A DNA stretch of 64,000 nt from an uncultured Gemmatimonadaceae bacterium. GTDB lineage: Bacteria > Gemmatimonadota > Gemmatimonadetes > Gemmatimonadales > GWC2-71-9. Position 1 is the first letter of the stretch; every line of letters starts with the position of its first letter. The notes beneath the pieces were generated by a model. That model ran no database searches and was not told the DNA's origin. It worked only from the letters and a program-made list of their open reading frames with translations. Position numbers and translations under genes: made by a program. Where the stretch lies: contig CAZFHS010000029.1 in the NCBI GenBank assembly GCA_964518955.1, forward strand, positions 15,963 through 79,962, in the 5' to 3' direction. Shown piece after piece: positions 26,379-36,436 of the stretch.

Positions 26379-27996
26379 CGTCAGCCCACGCTGGGATCTC
26401 CTCCAGTCGCAGGTTCTCGGTGCGTTTCTTCTCGCCCTTGAAGGTCATCGCATTCGCGACCATTTCGCTGATACCTGTCACCTGAACTCCGGGGGCCCAG
26501 TAGTCGCAGACTGTGATCAGCGTTGCCCTGTCGATAGCACACATAGCCGCAAGGAAATTGACTCCGTGTTTCTCCTGCACGTATCTGACAGCGTTGCCTC
26601 TCGGTAGTCCGCCACGCAGCCGCATCTCCATGTTCTCATCGGTTCCCAGCCCCGCACCACCTCCACAACAGAAGGTCTGCTCGCGGATCGTGTTCTCCGG
26701 CATCTCGAAGTAGTTGTTGCACACGTTCTTGATCACGAAGCGTGGTTCTTCGAAGATTCCCATGGCTCGGGCCGGGTTGCAGGAATCGTGAAGTGTCACG
26801 CGGATATGGTCGTTTCTCGCCGGATCAATGTTGAGCTTCTTGTGTCTGATCAAGTCAGCCACGAACTCCATGAGGTGAATCATTTTCGTGGAGCGCGCGT
26901 TCTCGAATACGGTGCCCGTGATCGGTGACTTCGGTACCTCGAGGAAATCGGCCGGGCCATTCATCGTGTCCATGTACTGATTGATCACCCGCCACATATG
27001 ACCGCACTCGCCACCCAGGATCCACTTGACGCCCAGGCGCTTGGCCTCAGCGTAGATCTTGTTGTTGAGGCGTTTCATCATCTCGTGCGATGTGAACAAC
27101 CCGAAGTTGCCGCCGTCCGAAGCGTATGTGCTCCACGTGTAATCGATCCCCAGCTCGTGGAACAACAGCATATATGCCATGCACGTGTAGATACCGGGTG
27201 CAGCCACGAAGTCACCCGAAGGGGTAACGAACAGAATCTCGGCGCCCTTCTTGTTGACCGGGATGTCAACCTTGATGCCGGTTGTTTCTTCTATGTCGTC
27301 CGCCATGAACTCCAGTGTGTCCATCAGACCGTGCGGCTGAATCGCGAGGTGATTGCCAAACTTGAAGCAGTTGGCTACCGGTTCCAGGACCCAGTTGACA
27401 TAGAGTCCCAACAGGCCGAGCAGTTCCCGTCCAATCATCGTTACTTCGGCTGTGTCGATGCCGTAGGGGCAGAACACGGAACAGCGCCGGCACTCAGTGC
27501 ACTGGAAGAAGTAGTAGAACCACTCCTTGATGACATCTACCGTCAGCTCACGACCGCCGGCTAGCTTGCCGAAGACTTTTCCAAGCGCGGTGAAATCTTT
27601 CCGGTATATGGACCGAATCAACTCCGCCCGGAGAACCGGCATGTTCTTCGGATCACCACTGCCGATGAAGAAATGGCACTTGTCTGCGCACGCACCGCAA
27701 CGAATACACGTATCCATGAAGATCTTGAAAGAGCGGTACTTGGTCAGGCGTTCGGCCATCCCTTCGAGGACGATCCTTTTCCAATCTTCCTGAAGGTGCC
27801 AATCGGCATCGGTGACCGCCCAATCCCTCGGATTCGGCAGGTCCACGACCTTTAGGTTCTTTGCCTTACCCGGATATATGAATGAGCCCCGCCTGAAGTC
27901 CACAGGCGTTTCCGTCCACGGTGTCGGTGGAGGCGCGGTATTGATGTTCAGCAGGTCTTCCTGCTTGTAATAATCAGGTTCGTCTGGCGTCGACAT
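26338..27996 (-). CDS. dsrK: DsrK, HdrD-like catalytic Fe-S subunit (CCG domains)
   Basis: CIRCGACADKC and CTECRRCSVFCP ferredoxin motifs. C-terminal CCG-type motif ...FCCGGGAG... Confidence 0.9.
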   Translation of the reverse strand: MSTPDEPDYYKQEDLLNINTAPPPTPWTETPVDFRRGSFIYPGKAKNLKVVDLPNPRDWAVTDADWHLQEDWKRIVLEGMAERLTKYRSFKIFMDTCIRCGACADKCHFFIGSGDPKNMPVLRAELIRSIYRKDFTALGKVFGKLAGGRELTVDVIKEWFYYFFQCTECRRCSVFCPYGIDTAEVTMIGRELLGLLGLYVNWVLEPVANCFKFGNHLAIQPHGLMDTLEFMADDIEETTGIKVDIPVNKKGAEILFVTPSGDFVAAPGIYTCMAYMLLFHELGIDYTWSTYASDGGNFGLFTSHEMMKRLNNKIYAEAKRLGVKWILGGECGHMWRVINQYMDTMNGPADFLEVPKSPITGTVFENARSTKMIHLMEFVADLIRHKKLNIDPARNDHIRVTLHDSCNPARAMGIFEEPRFVIKNVCNNYFEMPENTIREQTFCCGGGAGLGTDENMEMRLRGGLPRGNAVRYVQEKHGVNFLAAMCAIDRATLITVCDYWAPGVQVTGISEMVANAMTFKGEKKRTENLRLEEIPAWADGGEAEDNGGDTDE

Positions 27997-27998
27997 CG

Positions 27999-28988
27999 CT
28001 ATTCCCTCTCGACCGGTATCCCGGCCCCCTTCATCTTGTCCCTGAGTTCATCTTCATATTCGTCGTACGGATGCAACTTGACTGGGTAATCCCAGGGGTT
28101 GATATGCCTCACCGCTCGGTTGTTGTTCGCCATATTCCTGGTTGGGCTCAGGAATACGCCTGCCATGTGCATCAACTTACCAAACGGGATGTACGCGATC
28201 AGCACGCAAACTAAGAACAAATGTCCGTAGAAAATCGGGCTGATCGTATCGGGCACAGTCGGCGAGAAATGAGTCAGACCCAAGAACATTTCCTTGATCG
28301 CCGGAATATCGGTCTTGGTCAGATGTCTGAGTGAGAAACCGCTCAAGCCAATACCCAACAACAGGAATAGCGGTACGTAGTCTCCCACGAGCGATATGTA
28401 TCGCAGCTGTGGGTTGGCCAGTCTTCTGTAGAGAAGGTATGCCAGCCCCACAATGAAGATCACCGTCGTGGCAAAGAACACAGGCAGCCCTACCTGAAGA
28501 AAACCGTCGGCCACCTCGACGAAAGTCACAAAGCCCGGCACCGGACTGACCATCAGCCTCAGGTGTCGCACGAGAATGAAGAGAAGTGACCAGTGCATCG
28601 CCATGGCCGCCAACCACAAAGACAGGTCGGTGCCATATACGAGTCGGCCTTCATCGATCAATTTCGACTTCGTGTTCCTCAGTAGCGACCGGAACAGGAG
28701 GATCTCCATCGCCATCCTGCCGGACGTGGTTAGAAAGTTGTGTGGATTATCCAGCTTGTCGTGCTTGATCCAGGGCAAGGTCTTCTGCTGCCCGCAGGTT
28801 GTCGGGATACGGAATGGAACAGGAACTTTTGCCCAACCCAGCACTCGGTACACCAGACCACCGAGAAACAGCGCTATCGCTATGTAAGGCAGGATTACAC
28901 CGAATATCCATCCCAATCCCGGCACAGCGCCGAGCAAGCCCAGCAAGAACAGGCCACCCACGAATGCCAGGGAAACCACTACGTTCAT
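27999..28988 (-). CDS. dsrM: DsrM, NarI-like dihaem cytochrome b membrane subunit
   Basis: 329 aa, 5-6 transmembrane helices with conserved His residues. Immediately precedes dsrK (2-nt gap). Confidence 0.85.
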   Translation of the reverse strand: MNVVVSLAFVGGLFLLGLLGAVPGLGWIFGVILPYIAIALFLGGLVYRVLGWAKVPVPFRIPTTCGQQKTLPWIKHDKLDNPHNFLTTSGRMAMEILLFRSLLRNTKSKLIDEGRLVYGTDLSLWLAAMAMHWSLLFILVRHLRLMVSPVPGFVTFVEVADGFLQVGLPVFFATTVIFIVGLAYLLYRRLANPQLRYISLVGDYVPLFLLLGIGLSGFSLRHLTKTDIPAIKEMFLGLTHFSPTVPDTISPIFYGHLFLVCVLIAYIPFGKLMHMAGVFLSPTRNMANNNRAVRHINPWDYPVKLHPYDEYEDELRDKMKGAGIPVERE

Positions 28989-29010
28989 CGGAGATCCTCT
29001 CGTCGTACGT

Positions 29011-29562
29011 TCACGCTCTCGGACTCTCGTTATCCAAATCGGCCTCGACCAACTCCGGGCCGCCTTCGCGTTTGTTCAACTTTTCGACGATCCAAGACAC
29101 GCTTCGTTTCAACTCGTTCGAGCGTATCTCGAACACTTGCTCGCGGCATTCCACATAGACATCGAACGCGGCAAGAGCGACTTCGTCGATATTGCGTTCA
29201 AACATCCGAAACTCTGCCGAGATGTCTTCATGATCCAGAACTGCCGCTGCCTCTTCTCGAACTATGGTCTTCAGCTTGAAGATGAAATCCAACGCAGCAG
29301 ACGGTTCACACTGCTGTACTGCTCGAATCTTGACGATCTCAGCTAGGTGTCGGCGGATCTTCTCGGCACCCTGACATTCCAGGATGCCCTCGAAGATCGC
29401 CAACGTTCCTTCTCGCAGGCTGTGCCCCACTGGATTGGCAAATTGATTCTTCTGTTTGCCAAATGCAGCCGAGGCATCTCGGGCGTAAAGAGAAAGCGCT
29501 TCGTCGAGCCACCGCCCAACGATCTGCTCCTTCTTTTGTTCGAGTGTCTCTCTAAGGGCCAA
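29011..29562 (-). CDS. dsrT: DsrT-like protein (RsbRD N-terminal-domain family)
   Basis: 183 aa directly upstream of dsrM. Motif QFANPVGHSL and N-terminal KKEQIVGRWLDEAL, as I recall for DsrT/RsbRD_N proteins. Confidence 0.55.
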   Translation of the reverse strand: MALRETLEQKKEQIVGRWLDEALSLYARDASAAFGKQKNQFANPVGHSLREGTLAIFEGILECQGAEKIRRHLAEIVKIRAVQQCEPSAALDFIFKLKTIVREEAAAVLDHEDISAEFRMFERNIDEVALAAFDVYVECREQVFEIRSNELKRSVSWIVEKLNKREGGPELVEADLDNESPRA

Positions 29563-29609
29563 CGGTCAGCTCCACCGGAGACACAGTCTGCTCTTCTGCA
29601 ACTCTCGAA

Positions 29610-29927
29610 TTAGACGCAGCCAGTAGGCTTCGGAAGCCCGGCGACCTTGCAGGCGCCCTTCGCGGGGCCGCTTGGGAACAGGTCGTAGATCTCCTTGAGC
29701 TTGAAACCGGTCGCTTTGCACAACTTGCGGATCATAGGAGCCATGTTGAACTCGAGGTAATATTCTCTCAAGTAGTTCACGAGCTTCCAGTGATCATCGG
29801 TCAACTCATCGACGCCTTCGGTCTTGGCCAACGAAGCGGCAACGGCCTCATCCCACTGATCCGGATCCTGGATGAACCCGTCCTCGTCGATCTCCAGCAT
29901 TTTGCCACCAAGTTCAACCTCTGCCAT
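29610..29927 (-). CDS. dsrC: DsrC (TusE/DsrC/DsvC family sulfur carrier)
   Basis: 105 aa. The C-terminal arm ...GPAKGACKVAGLPKPTGCV carries both conserved cysteines, spaced 10 residues apart, one of them penultimate. Confidence 0.95.
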   Translation of the reverse strand: MAEVELGGKMLEIDEDGFIQDPDQWDEAVAASLAKTEGVDELTDDHWKLVNYLREYYLEFNMAPMIRKLCKATGFKLKEIYDLFPSGPAKGACKVAGLPKPTGCV

Positions 29928-29981
29928 CAGTCTCCTCCATTTTCATTTTCGGCTCTGCGCGCAGCAGCGCGCACCGCCTCT

Positions 29982-29999
29982 TTGTGTACAGTCACACAA
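29982..29999. promoter_or_regulatory. Rex-operator-like palindrome TTGTGT-ACAGTC-ACACAA upstream of dsrC
   Basis: Perfect 6+6 inverted repeat. It fits the TTGTG-N8-CACAA core of the canonical Rex box TTGTGAANNNNTTCACAA. It lies 55 nt upstream of the dsrC ATG and overlaps the osmC-like stop. Confidence 0.45.
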
Positions 30000-30387
30000 C
30001 AAACTCGATGTCAACGCATGGCGGGCTCCTCAGTGTCTCATGCACTGGACACAGCTCTGCCACACGCCGTATGACGTCCATCTTCTCTTCAGGAAACCCA
30101 TTCGGTAACTCGACATCGATTGCAAAACCACCGATGCGTTTGGGGTTGTCCGTCAACTCCAATGTCACCGAAACCGCTACGTCTCCATCGGTGTATCCAT
30201 GCGAGTCACAGTAGCCTTGCACCATCATCGCAACGCATGCACCAAGGGAGCCGGCAAGCATTTCAGCCGGAGCAATTCCTGCATCCCGGCCCCCGTCCTG
30301 CTCGGACATGTCGCTCAGCACTTCATGCCCGCGAACCTTCACATGGAACTGTCGATCTTCCTTCCGATCGACGGTGATCAGGTCCAA
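29992..30387 (-). CDS. OsmC/Ohr-family thiol protein
   Basis: GGRDAGIAPAEMLAGSLGACVAMMV and ELCPVHETL motifs (the two family cysteines). Starts 1 nt after the sat stop. Confidence 0.8.
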   Translation of the reverse strand: MDLITVDRKEDRQFHVKVRGHEVLSDMSEQDGGRDAGIAPAEMLAGSLGACVAMMVQGYCDSHGYTDGDVAVSVTLELTDNPKRIGGFAIDVELPNGFPEEKMDVIRRVAELCPVHETLRSPPCVDIEFVV

Positions 30388-30388
30388 A

Positions 30389-31588
30389 TCAGCCGTCCAA
30401 CGACTGGTAGTATCCCATCAAGATCTTCGCCACTTCAGGCCGTGCGAACTCGGGAGGAAGATCCTCACCCTTACCGAGCATCTCGCGAACCTTGGTGCCT
30501 GACAGGAACACGAAGTCTTCCTTCTTGTGGCCTTCCGGGGCCTCGCGCATCATGATCACGTCGCCTACGACGTGGGAATACGCCGTGTGGTCGGCCGCAA
30601 AGATCTGCAGTTCGAGCGAGCCTTCAGGCACTTCGTCGAAGATCGTCTGCGCATCGAACGGGCCGTAGTAATCTCCGACGCCGGCATGGTCACGACCAAC
30701 GATCAGGTGCGAAGCACCCATGTTCTGGCGGAAGACGGCGTGTAGCACGGCCTCACGCGGACCCGCGTAGAGCATGTCAAAGCCGTATCCCGTGATCTCG
30801 GCGGTATTCGGCTCAAAGTAGAGCTCGACCATCTTGCGGATCGCTGCATCACGAACGTCTGCGGGTATGTCACCCTTCTTGAGCTTACCGAGCAGCATGT
30901 GAATCACTGCACCGTCGGCGCCCACCCGCTCCATCGCGATCTTGACCAGCGCTTCGTGCGCACGGTGCATCGGATTACGAGTCTGGAACGCAACGACCTT
31001 CGACCAGCCATCCTCTTCCAGCTTGTTGCGGATTTCCACAGCCGTACGGAAGGTTTCCGGGAAATCAGCGGCAAAATAGGAGTAGCTCAGCACCTGGATT
31101 GGGCCGGCAATGAACGTTTTGCCTACGGACATCCAGTTTTTCACTCCCGGATGCTCGGTGTCTGTCGTCGCAAAGATCTTCTCAGACATCATCTTCATCT
31201 GATCGTCTGTCGCCTCATCGATGGACTCGACGTCCTGAATGGCGATTACCGGATTTCCGTCGACGTTCGGATCGAGCAATGCGATACGCTTGGCGTCGCC
31301 GATAGCGGAAGCGTCTTCAACGACGTTCACGATCGGTACAGGCCAAAACAGACCGTCTGTGGTCTTCATGCCCTCTGCAACGGACAGGGAGTCCGCGAGA
31401 TTCATATAACCTTTGAGCGGGTTGAAATAACCCGATCCCATCATCACCGCGTTCGCGGCCGCCTGCGAGCAGACGAGCAGCTTCGGCAGTCCCTCGGCTT
31501 CTTTCAGCAACTCAGCACGCTTCGCGTCGTCCGCCACGTACAGCGGGTTCAAAGTATCCGAACCATGCGGTTTGACTAGCTGGCCCAT
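30389..31588 (-). CDS. sat: sulfate adenylyltransferase (ATP sulfurylase)
   Basis: FQTRNPMHRAHE and VGRDHAGVG signature motifs. 399 aa. Confidence 0.95.
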   Translation of the reverse strand: MGQLVKPHGSDTLNPLYVADDAKRAELLKEAEGLPKLLVCSQAAANAVMMGSGYFNPLKGYMNLADSLSVAEGMKTTDGLFWPVPIVNVVEDASAIGDAKRIALLDPNVDGNPVIAIQDVESIDEATDDQMKMMSEKIFATTDTEHPGVKNWMSVGKTFIAGPIQVLSYSYFAADFPETFRTAVEIRNKLEEDGWSKVVAFQTRNPMHRAHEALVKIAMERVGADGAVIHMLLGKLKKGDIPADVRDAAIRKMVELYFEPNTAEITGYGFDMLYAGPREAVLHAVFRQNMGASHLIVGRDHAGVGDYYGPFDAQTIFDEVPEGSLELQIFAADHTAYSHVVGDVIMMREAPEGHKKEDFVFLSGTKVREMLGKGEDLPPEFARPEVAKILMGYYQSLDG

Positions 31589-31623
31589 GGACCCATCCTT
31601 CCTTTCGTTCGTTGTTATTCAGT

Positions 31624-31647
31624 GGAGGAAGAAGCTGCCGTTCCTCC
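31624..31647 (-). other. intercistronic stem-loop between qmoC and sat
   Basis: GGAGGAA-N10-TTCCTCC inverted repeat (7 bp) beginning right after the qmoC stop. No U-tract follows. Confidence 0.3.
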
Positions 31648-31649
31648 AG

Positions 31650-32876
31650 TTACTTCCCCATTTGCGCCGATGCACTCACCGGCACCAAACTCTTAGAGTC
31701 ACTCACATTTCGTCCGGTGTGCTCTGCATATAGCATTGCGACAGTTCTGTAGACGATATGTGCAAACTTCGAATAGGGCAGATACACCAATAGCGCCACG
31801 ACACCAACGAGGTGGATGAAGTAGACCGTATACGCTGTCGTGGTCAGAACAGCGACTTCCGCCGGTTCACCCACGAACCTGAGAATCTCTGTAAACACAC
31901 CCGAAACACCCACGAATAGCAGCAGCCACACGAATGTCCAATCGAACGTGGTGCTGAGGGGAGCGTCATCACCGCCGCGGGCACGGTCGCCGATTGCCTT
32001 TACGGAGCCGTAGATGAGCAGAACCGCACCGATATTCGCGAGAAGCTTCATCGGATGCAACAGGTCAAACGGGTACATCGAATCGATGCCCAGCAAGGGA
32101 TTTACGTAAAGGTCCAGCACCGCCCACACAGTTACGATGAAGAGGGCCGTAAACCCGTAGAACGCGGTGAGGTGAGCAACCCGCCGCGATGCCTGGCTGG
32201 TACATTTACCGAACTTGTCGTGAATCAGAATCGACTTCACCACGTTGAAAAAACTGGGCACAATGCCGAGCACGGGAGACTGCGCACCGGATGATTCGTC
32301 GTGCGCCTTCATCGCATTCCAAAATCGGAACGCACCGAGAAGAACGACCAGTGTCGCAAGCCCGGTAAGCGTAGAGAAATAGCCGATCAGCAACCAATGG
32401 GGGAAAAAGTCGGCGTAGAACTCATGGTGCGGTTCGCCAAACGGCAACGCTGTTTCTAGAGGTCCTCTGATGATGAGGGCAAACCCGACGAGGAACGCCG
32501 CGATGAACAACATCAACGGTAATGTCTTCATCTGGTTCATCCATACCGCGAGGAACTTGGGTGTTGCATAGTGTCTGACGGCCTGATGTCTGACCGCCGC
32601 CAACAGATCGCCCGGGCGTGCTCCACGGAGGCACTTCGTCGAACAATCGTTACACTGATGGCAGAGCCAAACGTCGGGATCGGCGACGAGCTTGTCCTTC
32701 AGCCCCCACTGAGCCCAGAGCATTTCCTTGCGTGGGAACGGGGTGCGCCCTGTCGACAGCTCGCATACAACCGAGCAAGTTGCGCACTGGACGCACTTCT
32801 TCACGTCCGCGCCACCCTCGGCAAGGACATTCCTCAGGAATTCCCGGTCCGGATTCAGGACTATTGCTTCTGCCAT
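31650..32876 (-). CDS. qmoC: QmoC (HdrC-like Fe-S domain fused to HdrE/NarI-like membrane cytochrome b domain)
   Basis: N-terminal CVQCATCSVVCE and CHQCNDCSTKC, followed by about 6 transmembrane helices. Follows qmoB. Confidence 0.85.
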   Translation of the reverse strand: MAEAIVLNPDREFLRNVLAEGGADVKKCVQCATCSVVCELSTGRTPFPRKEMLWAQWGLKDKLVADPDVWLCHQCNDCSTKCLRGARPGDLLAAVRHQAVRHYATPKFLAVWMNQMKTLPLMLFIAAFLVGFALIIRGPLETALPFGEPHHEFYADFFPHWLLIGYFSTLTGLATLVVLLGAFRFWNAMKAHDESSGAQSPVLGIVPSFFNVVKSILIHDKFGKCTSQASRRVAHLTAFYGFTALFIVTVWAVLDLYVNPLLGIDSMYPFDLLHPMKLLANIGAVLLIYGSVKAIGDRARGGDDAPLSTTFDWTFVWLLLFVGVSGVFTEILRFVGEPAEVAVLTTTAYTVYFIHLVGVVALLVYLPYSKFAHIVYRTVAMLYAEHTGRNVSDSKSLVPVSASAQMGK

Positions 32877-32910
32877 TTAGGGCATCCTCCCATAAACCCC
32901 GATAGCCTAA

Positions 32911-35163
32911 TTACATCTTGAACGGGTTGAGGCCGATTTCCTCTATCTCTTCAGCAAACTCGTTGACAATCCCAGCCAGCTTCTCGAATTCATCTATGCC
33001 AAGTTGCTCGAGTCGCACCCGTTCTTCTTCCAGTGCTAGCTGCTGCAGTTTCTCCTGAACATTCTTGCCTCGTGTGTCCATCAGCTCACTTCCACGAATG
33101 TAGTGGCACTGATAGTCATCGCCCGACTTACACCCGATCAACAGCACACCGTCGTAGCCCTGCGACATGGCGTCTGCGATCCAGACGATGTTCACCGAGC
33201 CCAGGCAGCGAACCGGTATGAACCGGATGAATGCACTGTGCTGGAGGCGATTGAGCCCTGCTACATCAAGCGCCGGGTAGGCATCATTCTCGCAAATCAA
33301 GCCCAACAATCGTGGCTTTTCTTCAAACTCATCGGGAATCTCAACCGATTTGATCATCGACGAGATGATATCCACAGAGTAGTTCTTGAAAGAGATGATC
33401 CGTTCAGGACATGCACCCATGCAGATGCCACATCTGCGGCATCTGGTCAGATTGACCTCCGGCGTACCCTTATCATCTTCGTTGAGCGTCCCGAAGGGGC
33501 ACTCCTCAGTGCACCGCTTGCAGCTCGTGCAACGCTGCAGCGCGAAGTCGGGATAAGACTGATCTTCCCAACGCGGATGCATTGCCATGCCGCGCGTGGC
33601 GAGCTCGACACATTGGATCGCCTTCAGTGCCGCACCAGCACCGTCTTCTTTGCTCCCCTCGGTATCGTTGGGCGCGCGCGTGCAACCAGCCGCGTAAATA
33701 CCGGTCCGACGCGTTTCATACGGGAAACATATGAAGTGCGAGTCGGGGAAGTCGTACTTGAGCATCGGCAGATCGGGACCTTGCCGATAGGTGAGGTTCA
33801 ATATCTCGCTACCCTCGTGCTCCTTCAGCTCTTCGTACGTCGTTTTCGCCATTTCCAGCTGAGCGCCGGCTTCGTCTTTGGCGATGAGCTTCTTGGCATC
33901 CTCGACCTGGCGTATCGCCTCACCGTCGGCGGCGTTTGGCACCATTCCCGTAGCGAGCACGACCAGGTCTGCCTCGAGCTGGACGTTCTCGCCCAGGAGG
34001 GAGTTTTCCATGTTGACTACGAGATCGTTGCCACTGCCTTCGGTGACCGAAACCACTTCACCCTTGGTGAAGAATATTTCCGAGTCTTCCTGGGCTCTGC
34101 GATAGAAATCTTCGTGTTGGCCCGGAGACCTGAGGTCTTTGTACAGAACAAATGCCTGTGTTTCTGAATCGAGTTCGCGCGCCAGCAGCGCCTGCTTCAA
34201 GGAAACGCGGCAACATACGCCCGAGCAGTATGCCAGGTGTTCCTTATCTCGCGATCCTGCGCATTGGACAAAGGCGATCTTGCGCGCCGGCTTTCCGTCG
34301 GATGGGCGAGTGATCTTCCCAGTGGCAGACAACTCTTCCATTTCGACGTTGGTGATAACGTTTTGGAATCCGTATCCCAGGTGCTCGAGCTTCGAGGCGT
34401 CGTAGGGCTTCCATCCCGTTGCCTGGACGATGGCGCCAGCACGGAATTCGACATTGGACCCGTTCTTCTGCACCGAGACGTCGAACTGACCGGGCTGGCC
34501 ATCGATCTTCGCGACCGTAGCTCCGGTGTGCACCGTTATTCGTTCGCTGCCTTCGATTTCTGCTATCGCGGGTTCGAGATCAACTGTTTCGAGTTCCCGG
34601 TACGGAGCGCGAGTGGGATACACCTTTGCCCAGTTGCGAACCTGACCGCCGAGCTGCTCTTCCTTCTCCACCAACACCACATCGTACCCTGCCTTGGCTG
34701 ATTCCGAAGCCGCGCTCATGCCGGCCGGACCACCACCTACCACCAGGATGGTCTTGTCGATTTCGGCCTCGAACGGCTCGGGGAGATGCGATTTCTGCGC
34801 CCGAACCACACCCATGCGCATATAATCTTCAGCAAGCATCTGGGTGTCTTCGTCATTGGGCTCGTGGCTCCACACGACCATCTCGCGCAAATTCACGCGC
34901 TCCGTCAGGCATCCTTCAAAGTTGAAGGTGTCGACGTTGAATCGAGGGGAACAACCGGCGATGACTAGAGTGTTGACGCCGTCCTGTATGTCTTGCTTGA
35001 TCTGTTCAACGCCGTCATCGCCACACAGGTACTCGTGTGTACGACAGAGATCCTCATTCATCTCATCGGTGACGACTTTTTCTAGGGCTTCGACATCAAC
35101 GCACTTGCCGATATCACAACCCTGGCAGATCCAGACTGATACCTTCTTCTCTGTATTTTCCAC
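32911..35163 (-). CDS. qmoB: QmoB (HdrA-like flavoprotein with Fe-S clusters and MvhD-like C-terminus)
   Basis: FAD fold VVGGGPAGMSAA, ferredoxin motifs CTSCKRCTEECP / CRRCGICMGACP, and a C-terminal MvhD-like region. 750 aa. Confidence 0.9.
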   Translation of the reverse strand: MENTEKKVSVWICQGCDIGKCVDVEALEKVVTDEMNEDLCRTHEYLCGDDGVEQIKQDIQDGVNTLVIAGCSPRFNVDTFNFEGCLTERVNLREMVVWSHEPNDEDTQMLAEDYMRMGVVRAQKSHLPEPFEAEIDKTILVVGGGPAGMSAASESAKAGYDVVLVEKEEQLGGQVRNWAKVYPTRAPYRELETVDLEPAIAEIEGSERITVHTGATVAKIDGQPGQFDVSVQKNGSNVEFRAGAIVQATGWKPYDASKLEHLGYGFQNVITNVEMEELSATGKITRPSDGKPARKIAFVQCAGSRDKEHLAYCSGVCCRVSLKQALLARELDSETQAFVLYKDLRSPGQHEDFYRRAQEDSEIFFTKGEVVSVTEGSGNDLVVNMENSLLGENVQLEADLVVLATGMVPNAADGEAIRQVEDAKKLIAKDEAGAQLEMAKTTYEELKEHEGSEILNLTYRQGPDLPMLKYDFPDSHFICFPYETRRTGIYAAGCTRAPNDTEGSKEDGAGAALKAIQCVELATRGMAMHPRWEDQSYPDFALQRCTSCKRCTEECPFGTLNEDDKGTPEVNLTRCRRCGICMGACPERIISFKNYSVDIISSMIKSVEIPDEFEEKPRLLGLICENDAYPALDVAGLNRLQHSAFIRFIPVRCLGSVNIVWIADAMSQGYDGVLLIGCKSGDDYQCHYIRGSELMDTRGKNVQEKLQQLALEEERVRLEQLGIDEFEKLAGIVNEFAEEIEEIGLNPFKM

Positions 35164-35167
35164 TTGT

Positions 35168-36436
35168 CTACTCCCCGCAACTCTGCAAGGCTTTCAAGGC
35201 AGCACCAGTAGCATCCCGCACACAAACCGCGACATCCACCGGCCGCTTGGCACATCCTGCGGCCAGCATCCCTGCCATGGGTTGTTCATTAACGAGAAAG
35301 CCGTGCTCGTCTCTTTCCAATCCGCCGCCGTTGTCGAAGTTGACCGGCGCTCCGGCTGGAACGAGACCCGTTGCCAACACAGCGAGATTGACTCTCTGCT
35401 CAATCCGCTCACCCGTCATCGTATCCTCGGCCTCGAGCACCACATCGCCGCTAGCCGAGTCTTCCGTGACCTTCGCGACCTTGCCTTTGACCAGATGCAG
35501 CTTCTCGTCTTCCTGGCACATCTGATAGAAGTCGTCCAGTCGGCCTGGCGCGCGAATGTCGATGTAAAAGACGAAGATATCTGCTTCCGGATATTGCTCA
35601 CGCACGTACCGCGTTTGTTTCAGCGATCCCATGCAGCAAACACCGGAGCAATGCTTCAAGTAGTTCTCGTCACGCGATCCCGCACATTGTACGAACGCTA
35701 CCGACTCGACTTCCTTGTCGTCCGAAGGTCGCGTAATCTTGCCACCCGTTGGCCCGTCAATAGAGGCGAGCCGTTCCATCATCAAGTTTGTGATCACGTT
35801 CTTGTGTTTGCCGAAGCCGAGGCCTTCGAACAAAGTCGCGTCGGGTTGATCCCAGCCCGTGGCCCAGATTACCGATTGAACTTCCAGTTCAATCGTTTCG
35901 GGGTTCATGTCGAGTTCGATCGCGTCGTACTTGCACGCGTCGACACACTTACCGCATTCGGCACCTGGGCAGACACTTTCGTCAATCGTGTACTGAACCG
36001 GGTAGGCCATTTTATAAGGCAGGTAAATTGCCTTCGTCGTTCCGATCCCACAGTCGAATTCGTTGGGTCGTTCTACCGGGCAAGCCTCCACACATTCGCC
36101 GCATGCCGTACATTTGCTGGTGACGCGTCCCGGTTGCTGCTTGACCGTCACCTGGTAGTGACCCGCTTCGCCAGCAATCTTCTCGACCTCAGAGAGCGTC
36201 AGGCATCGGATGCTCGAGCTGGTCCTGATGCGCCGAAGGTTGATCTCCAGACCGCAAGACGGTGGGCAAAGCTTTGGGAAATATTCGTTCATCTGGGCAA
36301 CGCGACCGCCCATGTATGGATTTTTCTCCACCAATACGACGTCGCAGCCAGCCTCGGAAGCTTCAATCGCGGCTGTAATACCGCTTATCCCGCCTCCGAC
36401 CACGAGCACCGTGCCCCGCTTTCCGTTTCCACTCAT
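35168..36436 (-). CDS. qmoA: QmoA (HdrA-like flavoprotein)
   Basis: VVGGGISGITAA FAD fold, and CTACGECVEACP / CGKCVDAC ferredoxin motifs. 422 aa. Confidence 0.9.
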   Translation of the reverse strand: MSGNGKRGTVLVVGGGISGITAAIEASEAGCDVVLVEKNPYMGGRVAQMNEYFPKLCPPSCGLEINLRRIRTSSSIRCLTLSEVEKIAGEAGHYQVTVKQQPGRVTSKCTACGECVEACPVERPNEFDCGIGTTKAIYLPYKMAYPVQYTIDESVCPGAECGKCVDACKYDAIELDMNPETIELEVQSVIWATGWDQPDATLFEGLGFGKHKNVITNLMMERLASIDGPTGGKITRPSDDKEVESVAFVQCAGSRDENYLKHCSGVCCMGSLKQTRYVREQYPEADIFVFYIDIRAPGRLDDFYQMCQEDEKLHLVKGKVAKVTEDSASGDVVLEAEDTMTGERIEQRVNLAVLATGLVPAGAPVNFDNGGGLERDEHGFLVNEQPMAGMLAAGCAKRPVDVAVCVRDATGAALKALQSCGE

